A stretch of DNA of 57,261 bases, filler included, from Candidatus Woesearchaeota archaeon (GTDB lineage Archaea > Nanobdellota > Nanobdellia > Woesearchaeales > ARS49): NCBI GenBank assembly GCA_016188265.1. It is 4 parts of 4 records of this genome, joined end to end, with 100 filler letters (N's around TTAATTAATTAA, not from the genome) between each part and the next. Parts side by side here need not be neighbours in the genome. Positions count along the whole stretch, not along the records: positions 13,251 to 28,235 come from JACPID010000019.1; positions 28,336 to 43,385 come from JACPID010000021.1; 2 more parts are not named here. One strand, 5' to 3'. Below the pieces are notes generated by a model, which ran no database searches, was not told the origin of the DNA, and saw nothing but the letters and a program-made list of their open reading frames with translations. Made by a program: the position numbers and the translations under genes. Below are positions 20,039-31,131 of the stretch, one piece after another. Numbering within the stretch: the first letter of the stretch is position 1; every line of letters starts with the position of its first letter.

Positions 20039-21526
20039 TTACCCTTTGACATTTCCTATTGGTTTTAGCAGCGCAACCTTTTTGCTGACGCCTGCAAATT
20101 CCATTGTATCAACAACTTCATTTATGTCTTTGTAAGCAACTCCAGCTTCTTCTGCCAGCCCTGGCATTGAAACTGCTTTAACATATATTCCATGCTGTAA
20201 CATTTCTTTTTGCAGTTTATCTCCTCTGATTTGTTTTTTAGCTTGTGTTCTGGACATTGTTCTTCCAGAGCCATGCATTGTACTGCCAAATGTTTTTTCT
20301 TCAGAGCCATCTTGTCCAATAAGTAAATAACTGCCAGTTTCCATACTTCCACCAACAATTACAGGTTGGCCTATTTCTTTAAATAATCCTGTCATTTCTT
20401 CACGCGAAGGACCAAAACATCTAGTAGCTCCTTTTCTATGAACAATTAATTCTTTTTTCTTACCATCAACATTGTGTTTTTCAAGTTTTGCAATATTATG
20501 AGCTACATCATAAATAACATCCATTCCCATATCTTTAGGATCTTGTTTGAATATTTTTCTAAACGCTTCTCTTATTTGATGAACAATAACTTGTCTATTT
20601 GCAAAAGCAAGATTTGCACCACAAGCCATTGCTTTAAAATAATCTTGTCCTTCTTTTGATTCAAAAGGAGCACAAGCAAGTTCACGATCAAGAATTTTAA
20701 TTCCATAATTGCTCATTTTATCAAGGCATAATTTCAGATAATCAGTTCCAATTTGATGCCCAAAACCACGGCTACCACAATGAACCATGATAATAACTTG
20801 ATCTTCTTCATCTATGCCTAGCTTCTTTGCAATTTTTTGATCTGAAATATTTTCTTTTTTTGCAACTTGAATCTCGAGATAATGATTACCGCTACCAAGA
20901 GTACCTAGTTGAGCTATTCCTCTGGATTTTGCTTTATCACTGACTTTACTTGCATCAGCCCATTCAATACATCCTTCTGCTTCAATATTTTTAATATCAT
21001 CTTTCCATCCATATCCTTGATTAACACACCATTTTACTCCTTTAGTAATTACTTCATCAAGTTCTGATCTGGTAAGCTTAACAAAACCTTTACCACCAAC
21101 ACCTGCAGGAACCATATTAAAAAGAAGATCAACAATCTCCTTGAGTTTAGGCTGTAATTCTTTAAGAGTTAAGTTTGTTTTTATTAAACGCATTCCACAA
21201 TTTATATCAAAACCAACACCCCCAGGACTAATCACTCCATCTTCCTTCGGATCAAATGCAGCAACACCACCGATAGGAAAACCATAGCCGCTGTGAGCAT
21301 CAGGCATGCAATAAGCATACTTTTGAATACCTGGCAATGTAGCAACATTAGTAAGCTGATCAATAACAGCATCATCCATTTCTCTAATTAAATTATCAGT
21401 TGCGAAAATTAATCCAGGAACCCGCATTTCTTTCTTAAAACTAGTTGGTACTTCCCATTCAACTTCATTCACTTTTTTTAATTGTTTTAAGTATTGTTCT
21501 TGCATTTTATTCTTGTATTTATACAT
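20039..21526 (-). CDS. rtcB: RNA-splicing ligase RtcB (start may be 21505)
   Basis: MPDAH.GYGFPIGG, GFDINCG, GTLGSGNHYLE, HRKGAT and HGSGR; no intein. Confidence 0.97.
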   Translation of the reverse strand: MYKYKNKMQEQYLKQLKKVNEVEWEVPTSFKKEMRVPGLIFATDNLIREMDDAVIDQLTNVATLPGIQKYAYCMPDAHSGYGFPIGGVAAFDPKEDGVISPGGVGFDINCGMRLIKTNLTLKELQPKLKEIVDLLFNMVPAGVGGKGFVKLTRSELDEVITKGVKWCVNQGYGWKDDIKNIEAEGCIEWADASKVSDKAKSRGIAQLGTLGSGNHYLEIQVAKKENISDQKIAKKLGIDEEDQVIIMVHCGSRGFGHQIGTDYLKLCLDKMSNYGIKILDRELACAPFESKEGQDYFKAMACGANLAFANRQVIVHQIREAFRKIFKQDPKDMGMDVIYDVAHNIAKLEKHNVDGKKKELIVHRKGATRCFGPSREEMTGLFKEIGQPVIVGGSMETGSYLLIGQDGSEEKTFGSTMHGSGRTMSRTQAKKQIRGDKLQKEMLQHGIYVKAVSMPGLAEEAGVAYKDINEVVDTMEFAGVSKKVALLKPIGNVKG

Positions 21527-21947
21527 CTAAAACAATTGTTGCTTTCCAGCCCCGTTTTGTTTTTTCAACATTGTAATTATGATATGTAACCGCCTTAACA
21601 TCTATTCCTAATTTATGCTTTTTTTGGTCTATTTCTTCTCCATTTAATATTGCTATTAAGTGGAATGTGGAATCTTTTTTAATACTTACTTTTGTAGAAC
21701 AAAACACCATATTATCTGCATCCTTATAATAAATAATCTCTTCAAGAAAATCAAACAATAATTTCTCAATTTCTTTGTTTTCTAATTTTATTTCTTTCCT
21801 TTTTTTAGATTTTACGGTCTTTGGATCAACCATTGAATTGATTAAGCCGAAAGCAGCATTTTCAAATAATTCTTTCTCATTTTTACCGTACGCCTCATAA
21901 GCATAATCTGCAAAAGTAATGCCTTCCAAAAACTTAAATTTCTTCAT
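21519..21947 (-). CDS. Archease (RtcB activator)
   Basis: AD..EAYG...ELFENA, VKAVTYH and C-terminal LDV; overlaps rtcB. Confidence 0.93.
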   Translation of the reverse strand: MKKFKFLEGITFADYAYEAYGKNEKELFENAAFGLINSMVDPKTVKSKKRKEIKLENKEIEKLLFDFLEEIIYYKDADNMVFCSTKVSIKKDSTFHLIAILNGEEIDQKKHKLGIDVKAVTYHNYNVEKTKRGWKATIVLDV

Positions 21948-22082
21948 TTTGTTGCACTCACACAAATAACTCTTAAAAGAAATGTGTTATTAAAGATTTG
22001 TATTCGCACGTCAACTACACAAGCAAGTTTCCCACGTTCAATAATCATCTATCTTTATATATCAAAAACACTTTTTTAATTC

Positions 22083-24524
22083 ATGGAAGAATTTTCATTT
22101 TATTTATATGACATAACATATAAAGTTCAAAATAATAAACCGATTATTTATTTATTTGGCAGAACAAGCGATGGCAAACAAATATGCATTAAAGATAGCT
22201 CTTTTTTGCCATACACATATGTTATTCCTAAAAATAAAAAATCAGTAATTCAAGATCTTTTGAATTGGGAGAAAAAAGAAGGTGAAGATTTATTTAAAGT
22301 TGTTAAAATAGAGTCATTTAAAAAAAAACTCTTTGAAAAACCTGTAGAAGTACTTAAAGTAACAACAAATCTGCCTAATGCTATTCCCATTATTCGTAAA
22401 GAATTAAAAACATGGGATGATGTTGAAAATGTTCTTGAACATGATATTTTATTTATTAGGCGTTATTTAATTGACAAACAAATAACACCTTGCACACTTC
22501 TCAGAGTTGAAGCTGAACCAACATTTGAGCAAAGCAAAGTGCCTGTATTTAATGTAGTTAAGATATTTCAAGAAAGTTATGACACTCCAAAACCAAAGGT
22601 TCTTTCTATTGATATTGAAACATATAACCCTTCTGGAAAAAGGTTCCTGCCTAAAGAGCATCCTATTATAATGATTGCATTATATGGTGAAGATTTTAAA
22701 AAAGTATTAACTTGGAAAAGATTTGAAACAAAAGAAGAATATATAGAATTTTTGTCAAATGAAGCAGATGTTCTTCAAAGATTTCAAGAAATTATTGATG
22801 AATACAAACCAGACATCATAACAGGATATTTTAGCGACATGTTTGATTTTCCTTACATTAAAACCCGTGCAAATAAATACAAAATTTGGCTTGAGTTAAG
22901 TCTTGACAAAACAGATTTATACATTAAAGGAACAACCAATAAAGTTGCAGTTATTAATGGAAGGGTACACATAGATATATATCCTTTCATTAAAAGAGTT
23001 ATTGGAAGGTCTTTAGAAACAGACTCTTATAGCCTTAATTCTGTTGCAAAAGAGCTTCTTGGCGAGCATAAATATTCTATTGATATTGAAAAATTAGCTG
23101 GCGCATGGGACTCAAATAATGGAGAATTGCTTAATGAATTTTGTAAATATAATCTTCAAGATGCAAAACTTAATCATGATTTATTTTTGAAATTATCATT
23201 AAACATGTTTGAATTAGTTAAAGTAATTGGGCTTCCATTGGCAGATATTACTCGCATGTCATTTTCTCAGTATGTTGAATGGTACACTATTAAACATGCA
23301 TTTGCAGTTAGCGAGCTTGTTCCAAACAAACCTAGCTATGCTGAACAAACAAAAAGAATGTCTATGCGTATTAAAGGCGCATTTGTTTACGAACCAACAC
23401 CAGGATTGTATGAAAATATTGTTGTTTTTGATTACAAAAGTTTGTATCCTTCAATAATTGCATCGCATAACATATCTCCTGGAACATTACGTTGTTCGTG
23501 CTGTAAGGAAAAATCAAAAGTTCCATTTGAAGAAGCTGAATACTGGTTTTGCAAGAAAAAAAAAGGTTTTCTCTCTTCAATAATTGGTGATATAATAAAA
23601 AGACGTGCAAGCATTAAAGAAATGTTAAAGGAAAATAAAGATGTTCTTCTTTTAGCAAGAAGCGAAGCGCTTAAAGTTTTAGCAAATGCTTTTTATGGGT
23701 ATCTTGGATTTGCGCCTGCAAGATGGTATTGTTTTGAATGTGCTGAATCAACAACAGCTTACGGAAGATATTATATTAAAAAAGTAATTGAACAAGCAAA
23801 GCAAAGTGGTTTTTTTGTTTGTTACTCAGATACTGATTCATGTTTTATTTTACTTAAAGAAAAAACAAAGGAAGAAGCACAAGCATTTAGAGAAAAAGTC
23901 AATGAAAGCCTCCCTGAATTTATGGAGCTAGATTACCAAGGTTTTTATCCTTCAGGATTATTTGTTGGAGCAAAAGCCACAGGTTATGGAGCTAAAAAAA
24001 AATATGCATTAATTGATGAAAAAAATCATTTGCAAATAAAAGGCTTTGAAACAGTGCGGAGAAATTGGAGTTTTATTGCAAAAGAAGTTCAAAGTGATGT
24101 TTTAAAGATTCTTTTGCAAGAAAAAAATAAGCAAAAAGCAATAGATTATGTTCAAAAAATTATTCAAGATTTAAGGTCAAATAAACTCCCGCTAGACAAA
24201 GTTGTTATTCACACTCAACTTCAAAAAGAAGTAGAATCTTATGATAGCGTAGGCCCTCATGTTGCAGCAGCGAAGCGTATTAAAGAACGAAATGAAGAAG
24301 TAACTCCGGGAATGATTATAAAATTTGTTGTTGTCAAAGGATTTGGAAAAATTCGTGATAAAGTCAAACTTGAAGATGAAGCTAAACAAGAAGAGTATGA
24401 TGGTGAATATTATGTTACACACCAAGTTATTCCATCTCTTGAAAGAATATTCTCAGTGCTAAATATAAATATTAAAAAAGCAATAAATGAACAACAACAA
24501 AGCACATTAGGGGGATTTTTTTGA
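22083..24524 (+). CDS. polB: Family B DNA polymerase
   Basis: DIET, FDFPY, YNLQD, DYKSLYPSII, K.LAN.FYGY, YSDTDS and a C-terminal PIP box QSTLGGFF. Confidence 0.97.
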   Translation: MEEFSFYLYDITYKVQNNKPIIYLFGRTSDGKQICIKDSSFLPYTYVIPKNKKSVIQDLLNWEKKEGEDLFKVVKIESFKKKLFEKPVEVLKVTTNLPNAIPIIRKELKTWDDVENVLEHDILFIRRYLIDKQITPCTLLRVEAEPTFEQSKVPVFNVVKIFQESYDTPKPKVLSIDIETYNPSGKRFLPKEHPIIMIALYGEDFKKVLTWKRFETKEEYIEFLSNEADVLQRFQEIIDEYKPDIITGYFSDMFDFPYIKTRANKYKIWLELSLDKTDLYIKGTTNKVAVINGRVHIDIYPFIKRVIGRSLETDSYSLNSVAKELLGEHKYSIDIEKLAGAWDSNNGELLNEFCKYNLQDAKLNHDLFLKLSLNMFELVKVIGLPLADITRMSFSQYVEWYTIKHAFAVSELVPNKPSYAEQTKRMSMRIKGAFVYEPTPGLYENIVVFDYKSLYPSIIASHNISPGTLRCSCCKEKSKVPFEEAEYWFCKKKKGFLSSIIGDIIKRRASIKEMLKENKDVLLLARSEALKVLANAFYGYLGFAPARWYCFECAESTTAYGRYYIKKVIEQAKQSGFFVCYSDTDSCFILLKEKTKEEAQAFREKVNESLPEFMELDYQGFYPSGLFVGAKATGYGAKKKYALIDEKNHLQIKGFETVRRNWSFIAKEVQSDVLKILLQEKNKQKAIDYVQKIIQDLRSNKLPLDKVVIHTQLQKEVESYDSVGPHVAAAKRIKERNEEVTPGMIIKFVVVKGFGKIRDKVKLEDEAKQEEYDGEYYVTHQVIPSLERIFSVLNINIKKAINEQQQSTLGGFF

Positions 24525-24632
24525 AAACACTGGTAGATTTAGTACGTAAACTATATAAATTCTGACTTGCATATTAATACACTTGTTCTTAAATTTTGAG
24601 TAACAACAATTTTAATTAGAAAAGAGCTGAAA

Positions 24633-24782
24633 ATGGAACCATTGAATTTTTTTGCATCAGTTGAGCATTTAGAACTAAAATGTCCTTGTTGTGCATGCAA
24701 AATAGAGTACGGTCTAACAACAGAATTCAGCGATAAACATCAAGCACATATTTGTAAACAATGCAAGACTGTTATCAAATAA
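24633..24782 (+). CDS. 49-aa zinc-finger microprotein (not in the ORF track)
   Basis: MEPLNFFASVEHLELKCPCCACKIEYGLTTEFSDKHQAHICKQCKTVIK, with two CxxC pairs. Confidence 0.7.
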   Translation: MEPLNFFASVEHLELKCPCCACKIEYGLTTEFSDKHQAHICKQCKTVIK

Positions 24783-24813
24783 TTTTTTAAACTTATTCAC
24801 TTTTTTAAAATTT

Positions 24814-25661
24814 ATGCCTCAAATTTATTCTGCAACAAATGAAGCAGTACTAAGAAATATTCCTTCAGAAGCAGTTATCCTTGACGTAGGTTGCGGATCA
24901 GGATACTTAAGTAACCTCTTAAAACATAAAAAAAATATTGTATATGGTGTTGATTTTTCTGAAGAAGCAGTCAAATATGCACTACAAAGAATAGATTATG
25001 CAAAAATCATGGATGTTGAAACAGATGCGCTTCCTTTCAATAAAAAATTTGATGTTATTATTTTTGCAGATATTTTAGAACATCTAAAGCATCCTGAACA
25101 AGTGATTAAAAAATTTCTCGATTACTTAAAACCAGGGGGGAAAATTATTATTTCATTGCCTAACATTGCGAATTGGACTATTAGAATTAAACTTTTTTTT
25201 GGAGTTTTCAACAGGACTGAACCTGGAATTTTAGATAAGACGCATCTTCATTTTTACATGTCAAAAACTGCTATGACGCACGCTGTAGACTTCAGTCTGT
25301 AGATAGGATTAGCAGTTTTTGATCATGATCAAGAACTACTTAATCATTTAGTAGCTGTGTGTAAACACGCTACCTACTTTAGTAGGTAGTTCTTGACACA
25401 TTAAAATCTGCTAAAAAATTACTCACAGATTCTGGATTGCACATATTAAGAATTGATTTAAATCCAAACTTTATTTTAGAACCAACACGTTTTATATTAA
25501 GAAAAAAGCAAAAAAAATTTGCAGAATCCTGTGAAAAAGTTTTAAATTCAAAATTGTATAACATTTATAGAACTTTTATCTTACCTGTTGAAACTTTGAT
25601 GGCAAAAATGCTAAAAACACTTTTTGCATACCAGTTTGTATTTGTTTGCAGAAAACTTTAA
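24814..25661 (+). pseudogene. Class I SAM methyltransferase (glycan-associated type) split by a 140-bp insertion
   Basis: LDVGCGSG, DILEHL..P and GILDKTHLHFY|TLKSAKKLL.DSG. Deleting 25259-25398 restores one 235-aa frame ending ..FAYQFVFVCRKL. Confidence 0.9.
25259..25398. mobile_element. Modular palindromic element, copy 1 (two hairpin modules; no TSD)
   Basis: TGTCAAAAACTGCTA...TAGCAGTTTTTGATCA followed by TGATCAAGAAC...GTTCTTGACA, inserted within codon ACA. Confidence 0.9.
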
Positions 25662-25687
25662 ATATGCTTAAATAATCTCGATAAGTA

Positions 25688-25795
25688 ATGAAACGTAGTT
25701 CTCGACGTTGGAAGAAAAAAAGACAAATGCGTTGGAAATGGCAACGCAAACGGATTAAAAAAGAACGCAGTAAGCGTAAAGCTAAAGCTTCGTAA
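25688..25795 (+). CDS. rpl41e: Ribosomal protein L41e (eL41/eS32), 35 aa (not in the ORF track)
   Basis: MKRSSRRWKKKRQMRWKWQRKRIKKERSKRKAKAS matches the archaeal L41e pattern. Confidence 0.88.
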   Translation: MKRSSRRWKKKRQMRWKWQRKRIKKERSKRKAKAS

Positions 25796-26657
25796 ACCAA
25801 TGATTAATATTTAATCTACCTTCTTCAACAGCATCAGTCATTCCTTTATTTTTAACAATATTTTTACAATAATTCCAAATAACTTGTTCATTATTATTTC
25901 TCAAAAACATCCAAACATCAAATGCTGTTTCTTTTTCAGAACTAACAATAGCAATTACTTGATTAGCTGCAAGGTATTGATCTTTATAAAGCAGTTCATC
26001 AAAATTATCACAATACTTTTTAATATAAAAAAAATAATTTGCTAAATTATGTGAAAAAGAATAATTTTTTCTAATATTCAATTCACTTGCAACATATAAT
26101 GAAAAGCTTTCTGCACTTGCTTCTCTGCATATTCTTGATTTCTTACTTAATATGTATTTCATATAAGAAAGAGAATGATCTGTATGATGCCCGAATTCAT
26201 GAGTTATACTGCTAAAAAGATGTTCCTTGTCTTGTGATACATATATTTTAGGGCTTAAATAAATTCCTCCAGTTCTCTCGCTTAAAAATAATGGATCAAA
26301 ACCGTCTTTAATCAAATCAAAAACACTGGCATTATTACGTTTAAAAATATGAAAGTTCTTATTACTATATTTTTCATTTGAAATAATAGAAAGAAAATCT
26401 AAATAAAGATAAAATAATCTTTCTTCATTATACTTCTCATTAGATAAACTATATTTCTTAATTGTTTTATCGCGATAACAATTCCAATCAACATTTTTTA
26501 ATTTCTCCTCTAAAACTTTTTTCTCTTCAGAATTTAAGTGATTGTGATTTTTTATTGGAATTGTGCACCCTGAAAATCCAAAAGCCAAACCAATTCCTAG
26601 AAAGAAATTTGATAACTTTTTTCTTTTTTTTCTGATTAAAACTTTTTTATCCATCAC
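25782..26657 (-). CDS. Putative lipoprotein with zincin HEXXH motif
   Basis: Basic N-terminus, hydrophobic stretch and FSGC lipobox; THEFGH...EASAE. Confidence 0.7.
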   Translation of the reverse strand: MMDKKVLIRKKRKKLSNFFLGIGLAFGFSGCTIPIKNHNHLNSEEKKVLEEKLKNVDWNCYRDKTIKKYSLSNEKYNEERLFYLYLDFLSIISNEKYSNKNFHIFKRNNASVFDLIKDGFDPLFLSERTGGIYLSPKIYVSQDKEHLFSSITHEFGHHTDHSLSYMKYILSKKSRICREASAESFSLYVASELNIRKNYSFSHNLANYFFYIKKYCDNFDELLYKDQYLAANQVIAIVSSEKETAFDVWMFLRNNNEQVIWNYCKNIVKNKGMTDAVEEGRLNINHWFTKL

Positions 26658-26848
26658 TAAATTAAAATATTCCTGATATAAATATCTTCTCTAACATGGT
26701 AATTATTAATTGGTAATTATTAATCGAAAGCTTTATTAAGAAGCAGTTAATTCTACAAATAATCAACACCCAGCTGGAATTCAACCCAGCAATTTATTCT
26801 ACCTCGGGAAAACTGAGGCAACTATCAATAATGATGATAGTATGAGTG

Positions 26849-26885
26849 CTAGAACTAAGTTCGTGCACGAAAGAAATTTCCTGTG
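26849..26885. repeat. Short double-hairpin repeat (CTAGAA..TTC-GTGCAC-GAAA..TTTC-TGTG family)
   Basis: Same architecture as 56936-56987. Confidence 0.55.
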
Positions 26886-26970
26886 CTATTGTCAATTCTA
26901 AGAAATAATTAAAAAAAAATGATGCGGCCCTAAAATTCTCTTCGCGGCAGAAAATCAAGAGAATAAAAAA

Positions 26971-28235
<1,265 letters not shown>

Positions 28236-28335
28236 NNNNNNNNNNNNNNNNNNNNNNNNNNNNNNNNNNNNNNNNNNNNTTAATTAATTAANNNNNNNNN
28301 NNNNNNNNNNNNNNNNNNNNNNNNNNNNNNNNNNN
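28236..28335. other. Artificial contig linker
   Basis: N-run with TTAATTAATTAA. Confidence 0.97.
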
Positions 28336-29262
28336 TAATAATTGTGCTGGAATAACAAACCAAGCGCCGAATTTCAAAGCCAACAAAAACGCTAAAGGTA
28401 TTAGCGCTGTACCAAATGAAGTAATTACTGCAACAGGTTTATCTCCATAAAGATCACAAATCTTGCCCATGTGTCTCTGAGCCAATAATTTTGTAATAAT
28501 TTGCAAAGCAGTTAACACCCCAAACCAAGCATAAGATATGCCTAAAGTTTTGATCATGAATATTGAAAAAAAAGGCGCTGCAAGCATGTAACCAAAATTA
28601 AATACAGCAACAAAAATGCTGAATTTTATTACTTTCTTATCCATTATAAAGAAATCCTTTAATTTATGGTGCTGGCTATCTTCATATTTTGGTTCTTCAA
28701 CATGTAAATAAAGAATAAATGATGACACTCCAATAATAGCCCCCATTAAAAACATTCCTGAAAATCCTTGAATTGTTGGAAATAACATTAAGAATTGCCC
28801 TCCAATTACTTGTCCTAATGCTCCAAGAACACCCATAAGCATCAAGCGTTTACCAAAGTAACTGCCGCGTGTTTTTTCTGGAACAATATCTCCTAAAAAA
28901 GAAAACCATGCTGGATCTGAAACATAGTCAAGTAAGCAAAGTAAAAAATAAGTGATTATTATTGTTAATAAAACATTTTCTTTTAACAATATTGGCGCAA
29001 CAGCAATAACAACCCATAAAATTCTAATTGCAGTTGAAAACATAATTAATGATTTCCTAGAAAAGTAATCTAATAGTTTTGCTCCTGGAAGCTCTGCCAG
29101 CAAAGCACCTATGTACGGTATTGATCCTATAAGCCCAATTACTAAATTAGAAGCTCCTAAAGAAAGAGCAAATAATGATAAAAAAGTAGAAGTAAGCGCA
29201 TTATACAAAGACCAAATTCCTCCCGTATAAACAAAATACTTTATTTCTTTTTCAAAGCTCAT
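28336..29262 (-). CDS. MFS transporter, 3' truncated by gap
   Basis: Multiple TM helices; G.LLD..SRK; PE..RG.YFG.R; G.ICD.YG.K. Confidence 0.9.
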
Positions 29263-29852
29263 GGCAGTGTGATCAGCATTCCATCAGGGCCTGGATTAAC
29301 AACCTTAGTTATGCTGATAAAATCCTCTTTTTTTGCTGTTTCATGAAAATGACCGCAAATACCTAAAACAATATTCTGATTTTTTTTAATAAATTCAGTA
29401 TAAGAAATATTGCCATTATGATGTCCATGTATATAATCTATTTTTGTATTATAAAATGGAGCATGCGCTATAAATACCAGTTTAGGTTTGTTCCAATCTT
29501 GTTTGCCAACCCATTGTTCAAATTGTTTATCATGTATACTAAATCCCCCGCCACCATAACCAAAAAATGTATAACCATTAAAATGAAAAAATCTTTTGTG
29601 CAAGAAAATAACATTCTTGTAAGGTTCGCAGGCTTTTCTTGCAACCTGCTCGGTTTCATGATTTCCATGAATCAATAAAACACACTCCCCCATATCACTA
29701 ATCTTTTTCATTACAACATTAATATTTTGTTCAAAAATAGTAAAATCCCCTGCGCACACAATCACATCAGGCTTAGAAAGCTCAATTTTTTGAAGCATTT
29801 TCTTATACAAGCCCATATCTGCATGCCAGTCAGCAAAAGCAAAAATTTTCAT
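29259..29852 (-). CDS. Calcineurin-like metallophosphoesterase (Icc-related)
   Basis: DWH, GDF, GNHE, H.P, GHFH and NPG. Confidence 0.92.
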   Translation of the reverse strand: MKIFAFADWHADMGLYKKMLQKIELSKPDVIVCAGDFTIFEQNINVVMKKISDMGECVLLIHGNHETEQVARKACEPYKNVIFLHKRFFHFNGYTFFGYGGGGFSIHDKQFEQWVGKQDWNKPKLVFIAHAPFYNTKIDYIHGHHNGNISYTEFIKKNQNIVLGICGHFHETAKKEDFISITKVVNPGPDGMLITLP

Positions 29853-29940
29853 ACTAGTATTAAATAAGATATTAAATATAAGTATTGCTATTTTAGTAGG
29901 TAGTTTTTTGACAATTCAACCAGTAAAGAGTATTTATAAA

Positions 29941-31131
29941 TCACCCTCCAACAGTACTCCAGTAATCTTCTAAAACATAAAAGTCAAGATTTTCTATTTC
30001 TTTGACATTAATAAACCTGCCTTCACCAAGCTTGACAATTTGTTCTGCAAACTTTTTTCCATTTTGATCTAGTTGAATGCCTAATAAAGAAACAGTAATA
30101 CCATTAGCTCTTGCAAAAGAAATTGCTTTAAGAGTTTCTTTTTCAGGCTCTTCGCCAACAGTTGGTAAAGCATCACTAAGAATTATCAAGTGCTTTGCAC
30201 GATTATCAGCAGGAAATAACTCAATTGCTCTTTCAATCATTGGAACAAATTGAGTCTGCATTGATGCGCGTACTTTTGTAATTGCTTGAAGCAGATAACC
30301 GAAATCTTGTGTAGGCTCAACAACATCTTTAACATCTTTGCCAAAAACAATCAAGCCAACATCATCCTTTTCCTGAACTGCTTGAAATGCAAGAGCAACA
30401 CCAGCTCTTTTACACATCTCAATTTTTTTACCTTTCATACTAGCAGAAGCATCTACAGCATAAATTAAAGTTATGCTGCCTTTTCTTTCTCTTTCAAAAG
30501 TTTTCAAATCACCAATCTGAAGAAAATCTCGTTTTCTCTTAATAGCTGTTTTAATTGTTTGACGAATAGCAATATTTCTATACAAATCACCTTTTCTATA
30601 TGCCCGCACTGCAACAGGTTCGCCATGGTGCGCTTTTTCTTTTTTCCCCTTCATACCTTTAAAGCCTCTCATTAAGTGCTCTAGTTCTTTAACCAATAAA
30701 ACAATTGATGCTAACTGCACCCCTTTTTGAGTAAACACATTATTATCATCCATTAATCCATGACTATGCATTTCTTCTTGTTTTTCACTAATATTTTTCT
30801 TCAACAATTTTTGAAATTCAGGAATACGAATATTTTTTTGCAAATAATTGCCATTAAAACCAGTAATTAACTGCAGTAATTTTTCGCCATATAACTGTTG
30901 TATTGTTGAATAATTCTTAACTAATTGCTCAAATAATAAATCAGGAGTAAAACCACCAATACCTCTATTTGCAGCTTCTTCAACAATCTTCCCATCATCA
31001 ATAGTTTTTTTATCAGCTTCAAGAACAGACTTCATTAATGCAGGATCAATGCTATTAGAGAGTTTTCCTTCAATTTCTTCTGCTTTTGAAAGCTCTTTAA
31101 CCTCTTTTTCAAGGTCAAAGACTACCACCAC
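29941..31131 (-). CDS. vWA-domain protein (ChlD-like)
   Basis: MIDAS motif DASASM, LSDALPT; overlaps the AAA gene. Confidence 0.88.
   Translation of the reverse strand: MVVVFDLEKEVKELSKAEEIEGKLSNSIDPALMKSVLEADKKTIDDGKIVEEAANRGIGGFTPDLLFEQLVKNYSTIQQLYGEKLLQLITGFNGNYLQKNIRIPEFQKLLKKNISEKQEEMHSHGLMDDNNVFTQKGVQLASIVLLVKELEHLMRGFKGMKGKKEKAHHGEPVAVRAYRKGDLYRNIAIRQTIKTAIKRKRDFLQIGDLKTFERERKGSITLIYAVDASASMKGKKIEMCKRAGVALAFQAVQEKDDVGLIVFGKDVKDVVEPTQDFGYLLQAITKVRASMQTQFVPMIERAIELFPADNRAKHLIILSDALPTVGEEPEKETLKAISFARANGITVSLLGIQLDQNGKKFAEQIVKLGEGRFINVKEIENLDFYVLEDYWSTVGG

Noticed and set aside
20039..24524. Inteins in RtcB or PolB, or an inactivated PolB
   Set aside because: Lengths are normal and the catalytic motifs are contiguous and intact.
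25250..25410. Methyltransferase insertion as a BHB mRNA intron
   Set aside because: None of the four equivalent boundary registers gives a 4-bp central helix with the upstream exon (TTTT/TTTA against TTGA, CTTG, TCTT or TTCT).
26803..26818. Leader hairpin CTCGGGAAAACTGAG resembling 16S 27106-27119
   Set aside because: The match is short and could be a chance resemblance among rRNA leader stems; there is no other support.
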